In this document: positions 10,531-20,946 of the stretch, piece by piece
Layout: every line of letters starts with the position of its first letter
Position numbering within the stretch: position 1 is the first letter of the stretch
IMG/VR virus record: IMGVR_UViG_3300035698_009139
Direction: 5' to 3' (one strand)
Length of the DNA stretch: 64,000 nt
From: a virus
Program-made: the position numbers and the translations under genes
The notes under the pieces: model-generated
The model's database searches: none
What the model was told of the DNA's origin: nothing
What the model saw: the letters and a program-made list of their open reading frames with translations, nothing else

Positions 10531-11301
10531 ATGGTTTCGGTAGCAACACAACAGGGCTACATATATGAGAAGAACGTAAAGGACTTCTTACAACCAATGG
10601 GGCTAGTACCCAAAAACTACACAGCGTCGATGGCAAATAAGGGAAAATCCCCAGACATCACACTGTTCTACGATAACAAATTAGTCGGATGTGAATTGAA
10701 AATGTCTACGGCCTCCGCTGGCTCGCTGGTAATGAAATTCAATCCGAAAGATGGGTGGAGCTTTAATCCACTGGATGACGCAACCGACAAAGAGAAGATT
10801 GTGCTGTCTGAGATTGCAGACCAAGTAGGGCTGTGGAAAACTGTCAACGCCAAGTGGAATCATACGCCATTCAAGATTGATAAAAAGTATCAGGATGTCA
10901 AATGGAAAGCTATAGTCGGCCGACTGTCTAAGCAAGATCAGTATCGCCGCGACAAAGAAGCCTTCCCGGAGCTCAAGGGGGACATTCCCACATCTAAGAT
11001 CGAGCAGTATTACAACATGAAAAACACGTTCTACATAAATGTTGGTACGCACGGCTTTTATTTGCTGGGTAACAAGAATCCTCTGAACTTAACTGGCGTC
11101 CCACGATTCAGTGATTCAGCTAGTGCGTGTTATAGAGCCCGTGTTCAGCCGAAGGGTGGGGGAAGTTATCAGTTTACTTTCGAGATGAATTTTGGTATAA
11201 AGAAGAAGTCTCCTTTCAATATTGCACCGCTGCGCAAGGGTAGCTCGGCGATTGTGGAAAAGGATGCTGACCTCAGACCCTTCAAGGACTTGTATAAATA
11301 A
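10531..11301 (+). CDS. PD-(D/E)xK nuclease-like protein
   Basis: YE...SPDITL...GCELK; CATAAATA at 10499 and AGGAG RBS. Confidence 0.55.
   Translation: MVSVATQQGYIYEKNVKDFLQPMGLVPKNYTASMANKGKSPDITLFYDNKLVGCELKMSTASAGSLVMKFNPKDGWSFNPLDDATDKEKIVLSEIADQVGLWKTVNAKWNHTPFKIDKKYQDVKWKAIVGRLSKQDQYRRDKEAFPELKGDIPTSKIEQYYNMKNTFYINVGTHGFYLLGNKNPLNLTGVPRFSDSASACYRARVQPKGGGSYQFTFEMNFGIKKKSPFNIAPLRKGSSAIVEKDADLRPFKDLYK
11293..11300 (+). promoter_or_regulatory. T4-type late promoter
   Basis: TATAAATA, abutting the next start codon. Confidence 0.45.
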
Positions 11302-12482
11302 TGACCAGCAATGTGCACCTAGAACACGTGGAAGAATTAGTGTTGACCCGCAGCGTTCTAGGTGCAGCCGACACTGTTAGAATTCTTCGCCAAACTGCAA
11401 AATATCTGGCGAATGATCCTTGTGATATTGACTTATCGGTCAAGTGGGACGGGGCCCCGGCCGTGGTGGTTGGTGTCAATGACCGCCACGAGCCATTTGT
11501 AGCCACTAAGAGTTTCTTCAATCAACAGCCCGCATATTACACAACGATATCGGCGATCAAACAATCAACAATGAATGTTGAATTGAAGCACATATTATCG
11601 ACACTTCTTGATATAGTTATCTGGAGCGATATAGATCTAACTAAGCGACAGGCTTATCAGGGTGATGTGTTGTTCCTAAGACGCGATCGCGCAATGCAGA
11701 TAACTCCAGAAACTGTATCTTTTCAACCCAACGTGATAAAATATACGTTGCCACATGACTCTGGCATAATAAGAGCTAATATTGGTGTGGCTTGGCACAC
11801 TGCTTACACTTATGAAGGTGGCAAGATATTCGGCCGGGCCGGAACCGTGCCTCCCTTTTTAGTTTACTTGCAAAACATATGGAACGTTGATGGGCAATCT
11901 TACGTAGATCCAAAAAAATATAGCACGGCCAGCTATAGGGTGTTTGAGGATCAATTATTATGGGCGGCCGATATAATTAAATCCATTGATAGTTCGGTGT
12001 TATCAGAAGCGCTGCACGATGAAGTGCTGATCACCCAAATAAAAAAGGCTATTAATAGCCACTATAGGGGTACGGATCCGGATCGCCCACCTCCATGGGA
12101 AGTATATGCCTCAGCTGTTACCGCCGTCGAATCCTTTTACAATGCAAAAATACAGGATTTGATGACAGCAAAAGCAAAATACCATTGGGCTGACAAAAGA
12201 GAACGCAGCTTATCTTTGCTGTGTGACCACAAAGATGATTGGGTCCAAGTTTTTCTTTTCATGCACATCACTGGTAGTGTTAAGAATGGTTTGGTGTATG
12301 GGCTAAACCAGCGATCAACAATTAGCTGCTCGTTTAAAAAATCCAATGGTGATATGGTCAATACATCCGTTGAAGGGTATGTTGTGGTCGATCACGCCGG
12401 CCGCCAAATTGCAAAGTTGGTTGACCGCGCAATATTCAGCAGAGCTAACTTTTCGGCCGATTATCAGAAGGGCTGGGGTTAG
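11301..12482 (+). CDS. conserved T4-like protein found upstream of the cytidyltransferase (DUF6267-like)
   Basis: NVHLEHVEE, VKWDGAPA, FVATKSFFN, EGYVVV, KLVDR..FSRANF. Confidence 0.75.
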   Translation: MTSNVHLEHVEELVLTRSVLGAADTVRILRQTAKYLANDPCDIDLSVKWDGAPAVVVGVNDRHEPFVATKSFFNQQPAYYTTISAIKQSTMNVELKHILSTLLDIVIWSDIDLTKRQAYQGDVLFLRRDRAMQITPETVSFQPNVIKYTLPHDSGIIRANIGVAWHTAYTYEGGKIFGRAGTVPPFLVYLQNIWNVDGQSYVDPKKYSTASYRVFEDQLLWAADIIKSIDSSVLSEALHDEVLITQIKKAINSHYRGTDPDRPPPWEVYASAVTAVESFYNAKIQDLMTAKAKYHWADKRERSLSLLCDHKDDWVQVFLFMHITGSVKNGLVYGLNQRSTISCSFKKSNGDMVNTSVEGYVVVDHAGRQIAKLVDRAIFSRANFSADYQKGWG

Positions 12483-12488
12483 GTAAAT

Positions 12489-12496
12489 TATAAATA
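12489..12496 (+). promoter_or_regulatory. T4-type late promoter
   Basis: TATAAATA, intergenic. Confidence 0.75.
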
Positions 12497-12532
12497 CGCT
12501 GAAGTCGTAGTTAGCTTGAGGGAAACCTGCGC

Positions 12533-14983
12533 GTGAAAAGAGCAGTAGTAACATACGGGCGGATGAACCCACCCACGGCTGGTCACGAGAAATTGATCAG
12601 AAAAGTGCATCAGGTAGCAGAAATGTCCGCGGCTGATGCATTTGTCTTTACGTCTCATAAGCACGATAGCCGAAACCCTCTACTGCAAGAACAAAAAATC
12701 CAATATTTGAAGAAGATCTCGCCTGCTGGTGTCAATATCAGCGGGTCGTCTGTCGTTCAGCCGTCGATCTGGCATCAGCTATCTAAGTTGCACTTAGAGG
12801 GGTATCGCCACGTGACGTTTGTCGCAGGATCGGATAGAATTCAGGAGTTCTCTGAAAGGCTAAATAAGTACAATGGTGTGGCGGGCTCACACGGTTTTTA
12901 CGACTTCAACAAGATAGAAGTTGTATCGTCTGGTAGTCGGGATGCTGATTCAAGTGGTATCGAAGGCATTTCCGGTACCAAGATGAGAAACCTTGCGGCC
13001 GAAAACAACATCCAAGAATTTACTAAGGGACTGCCAGATAAGCTGAAACCCTTAGCGGAGGCGATAATGCAGCACGTTACTAATTGGGAAGACGAAGACA
13101 ACTACGATTTCACTGATGGTGAATTACAGGAGATTGTCAACGGCATGTCAGTTGAAGACATCGATGATGAGGAATACGACGACGAGCTTTATGAGGCGCC
13201 GCTAACCGAGCGCATCATGACAATTGCTCAACGTCGAACGGCTGGTCGCCGCATGCGCCGCGTCCATCACAAGTATGTCCGTCTGCGTAAGGTAAAGTCG
13301 AAGAGAATGGCGCCACATGACCGCCTACATCTGCGTTCACGCAGAGCTGCCTTAACGGCCGTCCGCGGCCGCGTTGCTGGCAAACGCGGAGCTAATTACA
13401 ACAAGCTATCGCCACAAGAGAAGATCGCGGTTGATAAAATCGTGCAGAAGAAACAGAATCAGGTTGGCGTTATCTCGAAGAGAATGCTGCCAATGATTCG
13501 TAAGAAGGAAATAACGCGTCTGGCTAAGGCTAGAGGTCGATCAACAAATGAGGAAATCAACATGACTTCAATCAACGAAGCCCGCCCACCAATTGAAGAC
13601 GGCGAGAACGCCCGCGAGCACATCGTAATGCAGCTCCGCAAAGTCACTAATGGTGCCAAAAAAGAAGTTCATTTTGATGACAACAAAAAGCACCCTGTTA
13701 GCATTCCTCATGCTCGCAAGGCCTTGCAGATGCATGACGGTATCAAACAGCCTCAACACCGCGCAGATTTTGCATCTAAGATGTCCGGCAGCCATAGCGG
13801 ACTAATGGGAGCAGTATCTGGTAAGGTCAACGAAATGAAATCTCCAGATCATTCAGTTTCCAATAAAACAATTGCGGGCGCCATGAAGGGCGGTAAAGGC
13901 AAGGGTCTTGGTCTCAAGGTTCCTAGCCAGGAGAAGGCCGCTGCATGGATCAAACGCAATCCAGATAAGGTTACAAAGAGCGAGACCAAGTCATTTGAAG
14001 ACATTCGGTCAAACGGATTGAACGAATCATTTGAAGACTTCCTAGAAGGCGACGGCACGCCAGGTATGATGAACGACACTCGTAAGAAAGCTAAGCTTCC
14101 TGGTGAAATGAGCTATGCGACAGAACGCCGCGAAGCTGCTCTTGCTAATCGCGCCAAGCAGAATGATATGACAGAAGATGATATGAACGAGTTGTTCAAC
14201 ATCCTGTACGTTGAGGCAGTACTGACGCTGGACGAAGACGGTGCGTTGACGCCAGAGCAAGCAGCTTTTGACATCATCAACCACCTCGATGAACAAGAAG
14301 GAATGGTGCAGTCGTACGGCAAGTATCGTGATGCTCGTAAGATGGCCCGCGCCGCGCCACAGGGATCTGCTGCTGAGCGCATGTATACTGCAAAAGCTGA
14401 GAAGCATCGCACTGATAATATTGGCCATGCTAAAAAAGCTATGGCAAATGGTTATAACGATAAAGCCAAGTATGCCCGTGAAGCATTCGATATTGGTACC
14501 GATGAAAGTCGTATCAGAGCATCCAATGACACACCAGGGCAGGATGAAGACATCAAGCTAGCATTCGATTACGTTCAGAAGCCAGAGATTGCTCGTTCAG
14601 CATCATCAGTTGTTCGCGAGCGCATGGAAGCGGCCAAGATGAAGCCTGTCACTGAGGGTATCAACCACAATGAGATGTACTTTAAGGCAGCTGCAAAGGA
14701 TGCCAAAACCAAAAAATCTAGTCACTCTGTTGTGCACGACAAAGGAAAGCACACGATGGTGCATCGAGTTGGCAATACAGATCATGGTTTTGCAAGCAAT
14801 GAATATTTTGGCAAGCACCCATCAGGCCACAGCCACACAAATATAGAATCTCGTGATTTGAGAACGCATAACACTGTTCAGGTATACCACAACGTGGCAG
14901 GCCAGAATCCTCATTTGGACGACAGTTGTGTGCGGTCGGCAACAAAAGCAATACTAAAACATGGTAAGGACACCTACAAATGA
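12533..14983 (+). CDS. cytidyltransferase-domain protein fused to a long modular tail (probable processed head polyprotein)
   Basis: YGRMNPPTAGH, VAGSDR, GISGTKMR; tail has many (I/L/V)xE sites. Confidence 0.8.
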   Translation: MKRAVVTYGRMNPPTAGHEKLIRKVHQVAEMSAADAFVFTSHKHDSRNPLLQEQKIQYLKKISPAGVNISGSSVVQPSIWHQLSKLHLEGYRHVTFVAGSDRIQEFSERLNKYNGVAGSHGFYDFNKIEVVSSGSRDADSSGIEGISGTKMRNLAAENNIQEFTKGLPDKLKPLAEAIMQHVTNWEDEDNYDFTDGELQEIVNGMSVEDIDDEEYDDELYEAPLTERIMTIAQRRTAGRRMRRVHHKYVRLRKVKSKRMAPHDRLHLRSRRAALTAVRGRVAGKRGANYNKLSPQEKIAVDKIVQKKQNQVGVISKRMLPMIRKKEITRLAKARGRSTNEEINMTSINEARPPIEDGENAREHIVMQLRKVTNGAKKEVHFDDNKKHPVSIPHARKALQMHDGIKQPQHRADFASKMSGSHSGLMGAVSGKVNEMKSPDHSVSNKTIAGAMKGGKGKGLGLKVPSQEKAAAWIKRNPDKVTKSETKSFEDIRSNGLNESFEDFLEGDGTPGMMNDTRKKAKLPGEMSYATERREAALANRAKQNDMTEDDMNELFNILYVEAVLTLDEDGALTPEQAAFDIINHLDEQEGMVQSYGKYRDARKMARAAPQGSAAERMYTAKAEKHRTDNIGHAKKAMANGYNDKAKYAREAFDIGTDESRIRASNDTPGQDEDIKLAFDYVQKPEIARSASSVVRERMEAAKMKPVTEGINHNEMYFKAAAKDAKTKKSSHSVVHDKGKHTMVHRVGNTDHGFASNEYFGKHPSGHSHTNIESRDLRTHNTVQVYHNVAGQNPHLDDSCVRSATKAILKHGKDTYK

Positions 14984-15330
14984 CAGATAAGATCAACGAA
15001 TCATACTTCGGAGCTTCGCGCAATTTCGGCAGCCCCGAGACGTTAGTAGCTGCAGTCAACTCAGTACTGATGGGCCAGCAAGAGCAGGCGATGGATGAGA
15101 TGCGTAAGAAGAAGGGCAAAGGCGAAGAAGTCGATTGCGCTCCTGAGGACAAATCCCCAGTGCCAAAGGATGTCAAAGAAAGCCAAGACGCACTGAAGAG
15201 TGAAGTCAAGAAGCTGTATGATCGACTTCATAACGAACAGGATCCTGTTAAGAAGAAGAGTATCCGCGGTGAGATTGCCCATATGAAGGGTGCTATGACT
15301 GGCGTTACGAAACGCCCTAACGAGGAATAA
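14980..15330 (+). CDS. putative prohead core/internal protein
   Basis: Charged protein with INES, MDEM, VKES sites; in late operon. Confidence 0.55.
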   Translation: MTDKINESYFGASRNFGSPETLVAAVNSVLMGQQEQAMDEMRKKKGKGEEVDCAPEDKSPVPKDVKESQDALKSEVKKLYDRLHNEQDPVKKKSIRGEIAHMKGAMTGVTKRPNEE

Positions 15331-15331
15331 G

Positions 15332-15859
15332 ATGAAGCGCTTCAAGACATTGCGCGAAGACCACGTTGCTACGGTGGCTAATGGTGCGTTTCGTGGAAAC
15401 ATGAAGCAGACACCCGCCCGCCGCGGCGACAAACGTGGTGGCGAGCAGGTGCTCGATGTGGCCACACGATACAACGGTAAAGCTCCTAGTATGTCTGAAG
15501 CCAGTGCAATCGCTGTGCATTATAGTAAGTATGAAAAGATGATGGGGCAAGCCCATGCTGCTAAGGGTGAAGGACGCCACGCAATTGCAAACGCATTATA
15601 CAAAGCAGCTAATGATGTGCATAAGAAAAATTATGAAGATGCAATCAAAGCTACCGGCCGCGACCCCAAACATTATGGGCCGAACCCAGCACGGACTGAA
15701 TCTATTAAAGAAATGGACGATATCCGCTCATCTATTCGCCACAGCAAGAACATGTTGAACCACCCAACCACATCTCCAGAGGTGCGGGCATTCCACAATA
15801 AGCGGTTGAAGAGCTTGAAAAAGAAGCATAAACCGGCCAATCCCGAACAACAGCAGTAG
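15332..15859 (+). CDS. putative internal head protein
   Basis: MKRFKTLRE N-terminus resembles the T4 capsid targeting sequence. Confidence 0.6.
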   Translation: MKRFKTLREDHVATVANGAFRGNMKQTPARRGDKRGGEQVLDVATRYNGKAPSMSEASAIAVHYSKYEKMMGQAHAAKGEGRHAIANALYKAANDVHKKNYEDAIKATGRDPKHYGPNPARTESIKEMDDIRSSIRHSKNMLNHPTTSPEVRAFHNKRLKSLKKKHKPANPEQQQ

Positions 15860-15877
15860 TTTTTAACTCCTAGGTAT

Positions 15878-15885
15878 TATAAATA
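15878..15885 (+). promoter_or_regulatory. T4-type late promoter
   Basis: TATAAATA, intergenic. Confidence 0.75.
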
Positions 15886-15960
15886 CTTCAGCTACTAATG
15901 AAGTATTTTTGTCATGCAGAGTAGACTAATTTTGGTTGAAACGCGAATAGGAGAGCTAAT

Positions 15961-16596
15961 ATGTCCGGTTGGGGAAAAACAACAGACGCCAGTGCCGCAG
16001 GTAACGTAGACCTGGGTGCTAATAACACACCATTCAGATACAAGGGCGGTTCAAGCCCAGAAGCAGCAACGCAGGCAGCTGAAAAACGTAACGTGATTAT
16101 GACTGATCAGGGGTATGTTCGTCGACTGAATACTGTCGATTTGAACGCCAATCAACGCACACGCGACGAAATCCTTATTGCTCAGGCCGGCGTGCCAGGT
16201 GATGCAGGCTTCCCAAATATCACAGAAATCTACTTGAGCTCCAACGCATCTGGTGGCGTATTATCCGCGGCCGGCGCTGGCAACGTATATGTTGTGTTCA
16301 GCGAGCCTGTTAACTTCAATCTCAACGCCACGGATTTGACGTTGAGCATTGCTAACACAGCTGGTGGTAACCACGCCGTCGCCCGATGTGAGGTAGGCGA
16401 TGCCTTGCTTAATGCCAACAACACATTGGTATTCAAGTTCACATCCGGCGAACGTGGTACATATCAGGTGAACGCACAGTCGATCGGTGTATCTGGTTCC
16501 TTCCAGAACCTAATTTCGCTGAACACATCTGGTGCAACAGCAAACATCGTTATCAGCGGAGCCGTATCAAATAACTTGAGCACGTTCTCTGCGTAA
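15961..16596 (+). CDS. virion structural protein with Ig-like C-terminus
   Basis: MSGWG start, VYVVFSEPV beta motif, N/G/A-rich; late promoter. Confidence 0.6.
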   Translation: MSGWGKTTDASAAGNVDLGANNTPFRYKGGSSPEAATQAAEKRNVIMTDQGYVRRLNTVDLNANQRTRDEILIAQAGVPGDAGFPNITEIYLSSNASGGVLSAAGAGNVYVVFSEPVNFNLNATDLTLSIANTAGGNHAVARCEVGDALLNANNTLVFKFTSGERGTYQVNAQSIGVSGSFQNLISLNTSGATANIVISGAVSNNLSTFSA

Positions 16597-16606
16597 GGAG
16601 TAAGAC

Positions 16607-17017
16607 ATGGCTGACAGTAAGGTATCCCAACTTGCTGCTGTGACGAGTCCCGCTTCGTCTGATTTGATCCTTATCATTGATGATCCGAATGGAACGCCAG
16701 TAAGCAAGAAGATTACGATCAAGAACTTGTTTGGCAACGTGCCGTCCAATACTGTGTTCGAAGCTACAATGACTGCGCAATCAAATGTAACATTCACTGG
16801 CACGACAGCCAACGTTACAGCAAACTTGAATAGCACAGGCATCACCACGCTGAATCGACTGATTGTGGCAAACGATCACATCACTATTTCAAATCGTCAA
16901 ACACCTGCGTCTAATACGGCCGCAGGAGCACAAGGCGAATTTGCTTATGATTCAGGATATATGTATGTGGCGGTAGCTAACAATATTTGGAAAAGGGCAG
17001 CACTGAGTAGTTTCTAA
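16607..17017 (+). CDS. virion structural/fibre-like protein
   Basis: MADSKVSQL...DLILIIDDP...SKKITIKNLF; YMYVAVANNIWKRAALS. Confidence 0.65.
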   Translation: MADSKVSQLAAVTSPASSDLILIIDDPNGTPVSKKITIKNLFGNVPSNTVFEATMTAQSNVTFTGTTANVTANLNSTGITTLNRLIVANDHITISNRQTPASNTAAGAQGEFAYDSGYMYVAVANNIWKRAALSSF

Positions 17018-17380
17018 ATGGATGAATTTGAATTGACCGACACTAATTTAACATTGTTTGCCATGAAATATTATCAGAATTCTGGTTGCACGGACGTGCT
17101 TGAGTTCCACGATGATATGAAGCGAATCAAATACATCAAGAGATTGTTCAAGAAATACAAAGATACGGGCGAGCTGAAAGAGCGGCTGATCCTGAATCAT
17201 TTGATAGTGCTGTATAACGTGTTCCATCATCCCGCAATGACTAAGATGCTGATGCATCGGCTGAAGGGATATGAGGATTTTTTAAAAACGTTCCTTATCT
17301 ATTTGAGCTATTGGCCACCCGAGAGGGGCGTAGAGATTTCAATAGATCAAAGGATAGTGGACGTACTGAGAAGGTTGTAA
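17018..17380 (+). CDS. conserved T4-like hypothetical protein
   Basis: EFHDDMKRIKYIKRLF...KERLILNHLIVLYNVF. Confidence 0.75.
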   Translation: MDEFELTDTNLTLFAMKYYQNSGCTDVLEFHDDMKRIKYIKRLFKKYKDTGELKERLILNHLIVLYNVFHHPAMTKMLMHRLKGYEDFLKTFLIYLSYWPPERGVEISIDQRIVDVLRRL

Positions 17381-17381
17381 T

Positions 17382-18083
17382 ATGGCTAACAAAGGAACAG
17401 ACCTATACGTAGCATACCGGTTCGTCAAAGAGCTGAGTACACCTTTTGATAAAACAGATGCCTTTTCACTTGGGCTGATCGATGCTAAGGGCAAACTGCT
17501 TAAGCGCCCAAAAACACAAGCAGAAAAGAAAGCATACAACCCATTCGTCAGACTGATCTTCAATGTCAAGAGAGCATTGGGGCGAGCTGGTTTGGGCAAT
17601 CGTCTGTCGTCATTCGCCGCGGCAATGTTTCTGATGAAAGAAGAATCATCTGATGATCAGCGGCTGAACTTTTTATGCGACAACGAGTATGTGTTAAATT
17701 CATCTATGCTAAGATGTAGAGCCGAGCTCGGCCGTCTACGCCCAGATCTAGTTATACTTGAAGACGCTCCCACGAACGCAGTTGGTGGTGGAGCAATAGC
17801 GGGAACGGATGACAATCCTCCTGTGCGTAAAAAGCAAAAGAGCTACAGTTTCATCCGCCGCATCAATAATAGTGATGTTTATATGGTTGACAAGAACACG
17901 TTTGCTGCAGCAAAGGTCGGCCGACGCAAAGGATATGCGATGGAAGAAATCAGTGATGAGTTTGCTGAAACGCTAAAAGAGCATCAAGTCAACGACGTAG
18001 GACGCCCGCTAATCATCCAATGCGATGAGACAAACGAATTATTGTTCGTTGCGTATGGGCACAGAAAGCCAAGAGGCATATAA
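17382..18083 (+). CDS. conserved T4-like hypothetical (head-associated) protein
   Basis: DLYVAYRFVKELSTPF...AFSLGLID; EDAPTNAVGGG. Confidence 0.7.
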   Translation: MANKGTDLYVAYRFVKELSTPFDKTDAFSLGLIDAKGKLLKRPKTQAEKKAYNPFVRLIFNVKRALGRAGLGNRLSSFAAAMFLMKEESSDDQRLNFLCDNEYVLNSSMLRCRAELGRLRPDLVILEDAPTNAVGGGAIAGTDDNPPVRKKQKSYSFIRRINNSDVYMVDKNTFAAAKVGRRKGYAMEEISDEFAETLKEHQVNDVGRPLIIQCDETNELLFVAYGHRKPRGI

Positions 18084-18628
18084 TGACACCAGAGCAAATC
18101 ATCAAAGATATCATCCGCCGCGAAGGTGGGTATAACGACATCAAAGAAGATCAAGGTGGTGCTACCAACCTGGGAATCTCTTTGCGGTATGCTAAGGGTG
18201 TCGGGCTGGATATGGACGGCGACGGCGACACAGATAAAGACGACATCAAGATGGTCGACGAGAAGACGGCCACTAAACTGTACAAAAATGACTTCTTTAC
18301 AGGCCCACGAATCAACACGCTACCAGTATCTATCCAAGCGCAGATGTTTGACATAGCTGTTAATGCTGGGCCACCCCGGGCCATTATGATGGCGCAAACT
18401 ATTACTAATCAGGCTGGGTTTGGACCGGTCGACCAAGATGGTGTTATTGGCCCTATGTCACGAGCAGCCATTGAGCGCGCAGTTGATGACATGGGCCCAT
18501 GGTTTGGCAATGCGCTCGTTGAAGAACGGTTGGCACATTATCGCCGAATCATAAAGAACCGTCCATCCCAGCAGAAATTCTGGAACGGTTGGCACAATCG
18601 CGCCATGGAATTTTACAAGGAAATCTAA
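18083..18628 (+). CDS. endolysin, glycoside hydrolase family 108 with peptidoglycan-binding C-terminus
   Basis: EGGY..DQGGATNLGI, FDIAVNAG, DGVIGP, KFWNGWHNR. Confidence 0.9.
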   Translation: MTPEQIIKDIIRREGGYNDIKEDQGGATNLGISLRYAKGVGLDMDGDGDTDKDDIKMVDEKTATKLYKNDFFTGPRINTLPVSIQAQMFDIAVNAGPPRAIMMAQTITNQAGFGPVDQDGVIGPMSRAAIERAVDDMGPWFGNALVEERLAHYRRIIKNRPSQQKFWNGWHNRAMEFYKEI

Positions 18629-19185
18629 TGTCTATTATTGGAAATTTATTTGCAGGTGGTATACAAGGAATAGCTAAGGCCGGCACGCGTGTATACACTG
18701 CAGTTGCCGGTGACCAGGTCCAAAAGGACCAACAGTATCACACTGAGCAAATGGCTACGTCAAGTGCATATATATCAGAGTTTGCTGCTCCAGAGAAGAA
18801 GGGTATATTCAACAGCCTAGTTGATGGGGCTAATAGGCTAGTCCGCCCTATATATACATACAACATCATTGGAATGCTGTGGTGGGCAGTGATTGATCCT
18901 GTGCAATTCACGACGGCCATGGTCGCACTTGCTATTGTGCCAGACATGCTGTGGGGAATATTCTTTACGGTGACCAGTTTCTGGTTCGGTGGGCGATTTA
19001 TTAAAGACTGGCGTGGTAATAAAATTGACGCTACCAAGCAGTTGGAAACGCTTAAAAACTTGCAGAAAATCCAAGGAAAAATCGGCGGCGAAGCTTCATA
19101 CCAAAATGAGCTATCAGATACCTCTAAACCGCTTACCAATTCAGCGATTTTAGAGTGGAACCGAAGACGCCAAGACAATAAATAA
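18628..19185 (+). CDS. holin (3TM/GTA-type)
   Basis: DGANRLVRP, hydrophobic helices, FWFGGR; follows the endolysin. Confidence 0.75.
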   Translation: MSIIGNLFAGGIQGIAKAGTRVYTAVAGDQVQKDQQYHTEQMATSSAYISEFAAPEKKGIFNSLVDGANRLVRPIYTYNIIGMLWWAVIDPVQFTTAMVALAIVPDMLWGIFFTVTSFWFGGRFIKDWRGNKIDATKQLETLKNLQKIQGKIGGEASYQNELSDTSKPLTNSAILEWNRRRQDNK

Positions 19186-19222
19186 TCTATATAAAATAAT
19201 ATAAAAAACAGGTGCCATTGTA

Positions 19223-19441
19223 ATGGACGACAATATACCAGATCATAACCTACTAATCCGAATTGATGAACGCACTAAAAACATCGAAGAAGAGATGAAG
19301 AAATTTCCGGCCAAGTATGTGTCGAAGGAAGAATTCCGCCCCATTAAAGCGTTTGTGTATGGGCTTATGACAGCAGTAATGTTAACGGTATTGGGTGCTG
19401 TTTTAACACTTGTTGTTAATAATGGAGTGCCCGGTGCGTAA
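19223..19441 (+). CDS. small membrane protein
   Basis: LIRIDER coiled coil plus C-terminal TM helix. Confidence 0.6.
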   Translation: MDDNIPDHNLLIRIDERTKNIEEEMKKFPAKYVSKEEFRPIKAFVYGLMTAVMLTVLGAVLTLVVNNGVPGA

Positions 19442-19894
19442 GTTTTTCGCTCATATTTATTCTCTGTGTGCGGTCGCTGTGGTATTAGCGTCGGTGTTAG
19501 TGGGAACGTATTGGGGCACATACGGCTCTAGAGAAATGTTTCAGGTTAATACTACTGAGATAGTAGAGATGACGCCTAATAAATTGGTTATCGATCGCAC
19601 CATAAAGAAGAGCATGATATGCCCAGTGGTATCCATTGATCATTATTTGATGTTTCCTGGCGGGGCCACACTGGGACTCAGAAAAGCCAGCATCATGCTG
19701 ATTACAAAACTAATACGCTGGTAACAATCAGATTTGTATTTGCTCTCCCACCTCAAGTTATAGACGTGTCGGACAAATATGGCCACCGAGTGAAGTTGGC
19801 ATACAGCTGCAACCCCTTCCACCAGCCGGTGTATACGGTTGATTCTAATATTGTTTCAGTGCCACACAAGAAGTTGTCTACCCTTTCAAAATAG
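19434..19894 (+). pseudogene. membrane-anchored protein interrupted by a -1 frameshift (or sequencing error)
   Basis: N-terminal TM; the -1 frame is open from about 19655 to TAG 19894 and reads ...KLAYSCNPF... Confidence 0.5.
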
Positions 19895-19902
19895 CGTATA
19901 AT
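19874..19902 (+). promoter_or_regulatory. sigma70-type promoter for primase
   Basis: gTTGTCT-N17-TATAAT. Confidence 0.6.
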
Positions 19903-19908
19903 ACTTGG

Positions 19909-20946
19909 ATGTCTGTAATGAATGATATCCAGTATGCTAATCTACTATCATCAAGACTAGAGCGATGGGTTGTCAAGAACAACAACCCTTTTCTAGCCAA
20001 TTTCCGTTGCCCAATATGTAGAGATAGCCAAAAGCGCAAGCATAAGAAACGTGGGTTCCTGTTTCAGGTATCTGACGGGCTGATGTTTAAGTGCCACAAC
20101 TGTGGGTCGTCTTGGCCATTCTCTAAGCTACTAGAGACAATAGACCCACAAGCGCATAAAGAATATGTCATGGAGAAGTACAAAGGCACGGGCAAGAAAC
20201 CTAAAGTGCTTATGCCGATGATGCCTCCCAAACCAGCATTCAAAAATCCAGATAGGTTGATAGACCGACTGATGGATCGGGTTGATAGACTCGAGTCTGG
20301 GCATCAAGCAGTCGAGTACTGCGAACATCGACAAATTCCCAGAGAGCAATGGCATCGTCTATACTACGTAGACAATATCAGCAACATCAGCCAGCTGTCG
20401 GACAAGTATAGAGACCGGATCACCACCAAAGAACCTAGGCTGGTGATCCCTACGTTTGATGCAAACGATAAGCTGGTGCATATGACCTGCAGAGCCTTCA
20501 GCGATGACCTGATCAGATATCTGACGGTCAATGTAGCAGAGCCGCCTCACCCACCTTTTGGTATAGACAAGTTTGATCGAACCAAGCGCGGATTCGTAGT
20601 AGAGGGGCCGCTGGATAGTCTGTTCGTTCCAAATAGTGTTGCAAGAGGTACGTCTGATTTGAAGGGTGCCATTCCTTGGGTGATAAAAGAAAATGTCACA
20701 CTGATATTTGACAACCAGCCAAGAAATCGCGAAATTGTAAAACTAATGCAACGCCATATTGATCAAGGGTTTACGTTGATGATTTGGCCCGATGGCACAG
20801 GGCAAAAAGATATCAACAATATAATCATGGAGGGTGAAATGACGGCTAACCAGCTAATGACTGTCATAAATAATAACACGTTCAACGGTCTAGCGTTGCA
20901 GGTTAAATTCAACAAGTGGAAGAAGATTGGTGATGGAATTTCTTAA
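19909..20946 (+). CDS. gp61: DNA primase
   Basis: NFRCPICRDS, FKCHNCG zinc finger; VVEGPLDSLF, FDNQPRN, KDIN (TOPRIM). Confidence 0.95.
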   Translation: MSVMNDIQYANLLSSRLERWVVKNNNPFLANFRCPICRDSQKRKHKKRGFLFQVSDGLMFKCHNCGSSWPFSKLLETIDPQAHKEYVMEKYKGTGKKPKVLMPMMPPKPAFKNPDRLIDRLMDRVDRLESGHQAVEYCEHRQIPREQWHRLYYVDNISNISQLSDKYRDRITTKEPRLVIPTFDANDKLVHMTCRAFSDDLIRYLTVNVAEPPHPPFGIDKFDRTKRGFVVEGPLDSLFVPNSVARGTSDLKGAIPWVIKENVTLIFDNQPRNREIVKLMQRHIDQGFTLMIWPDGTGQKDINNIIMEGEMTANQLMTVINNNTFNGLALQVKFNKWKKIGDGIS

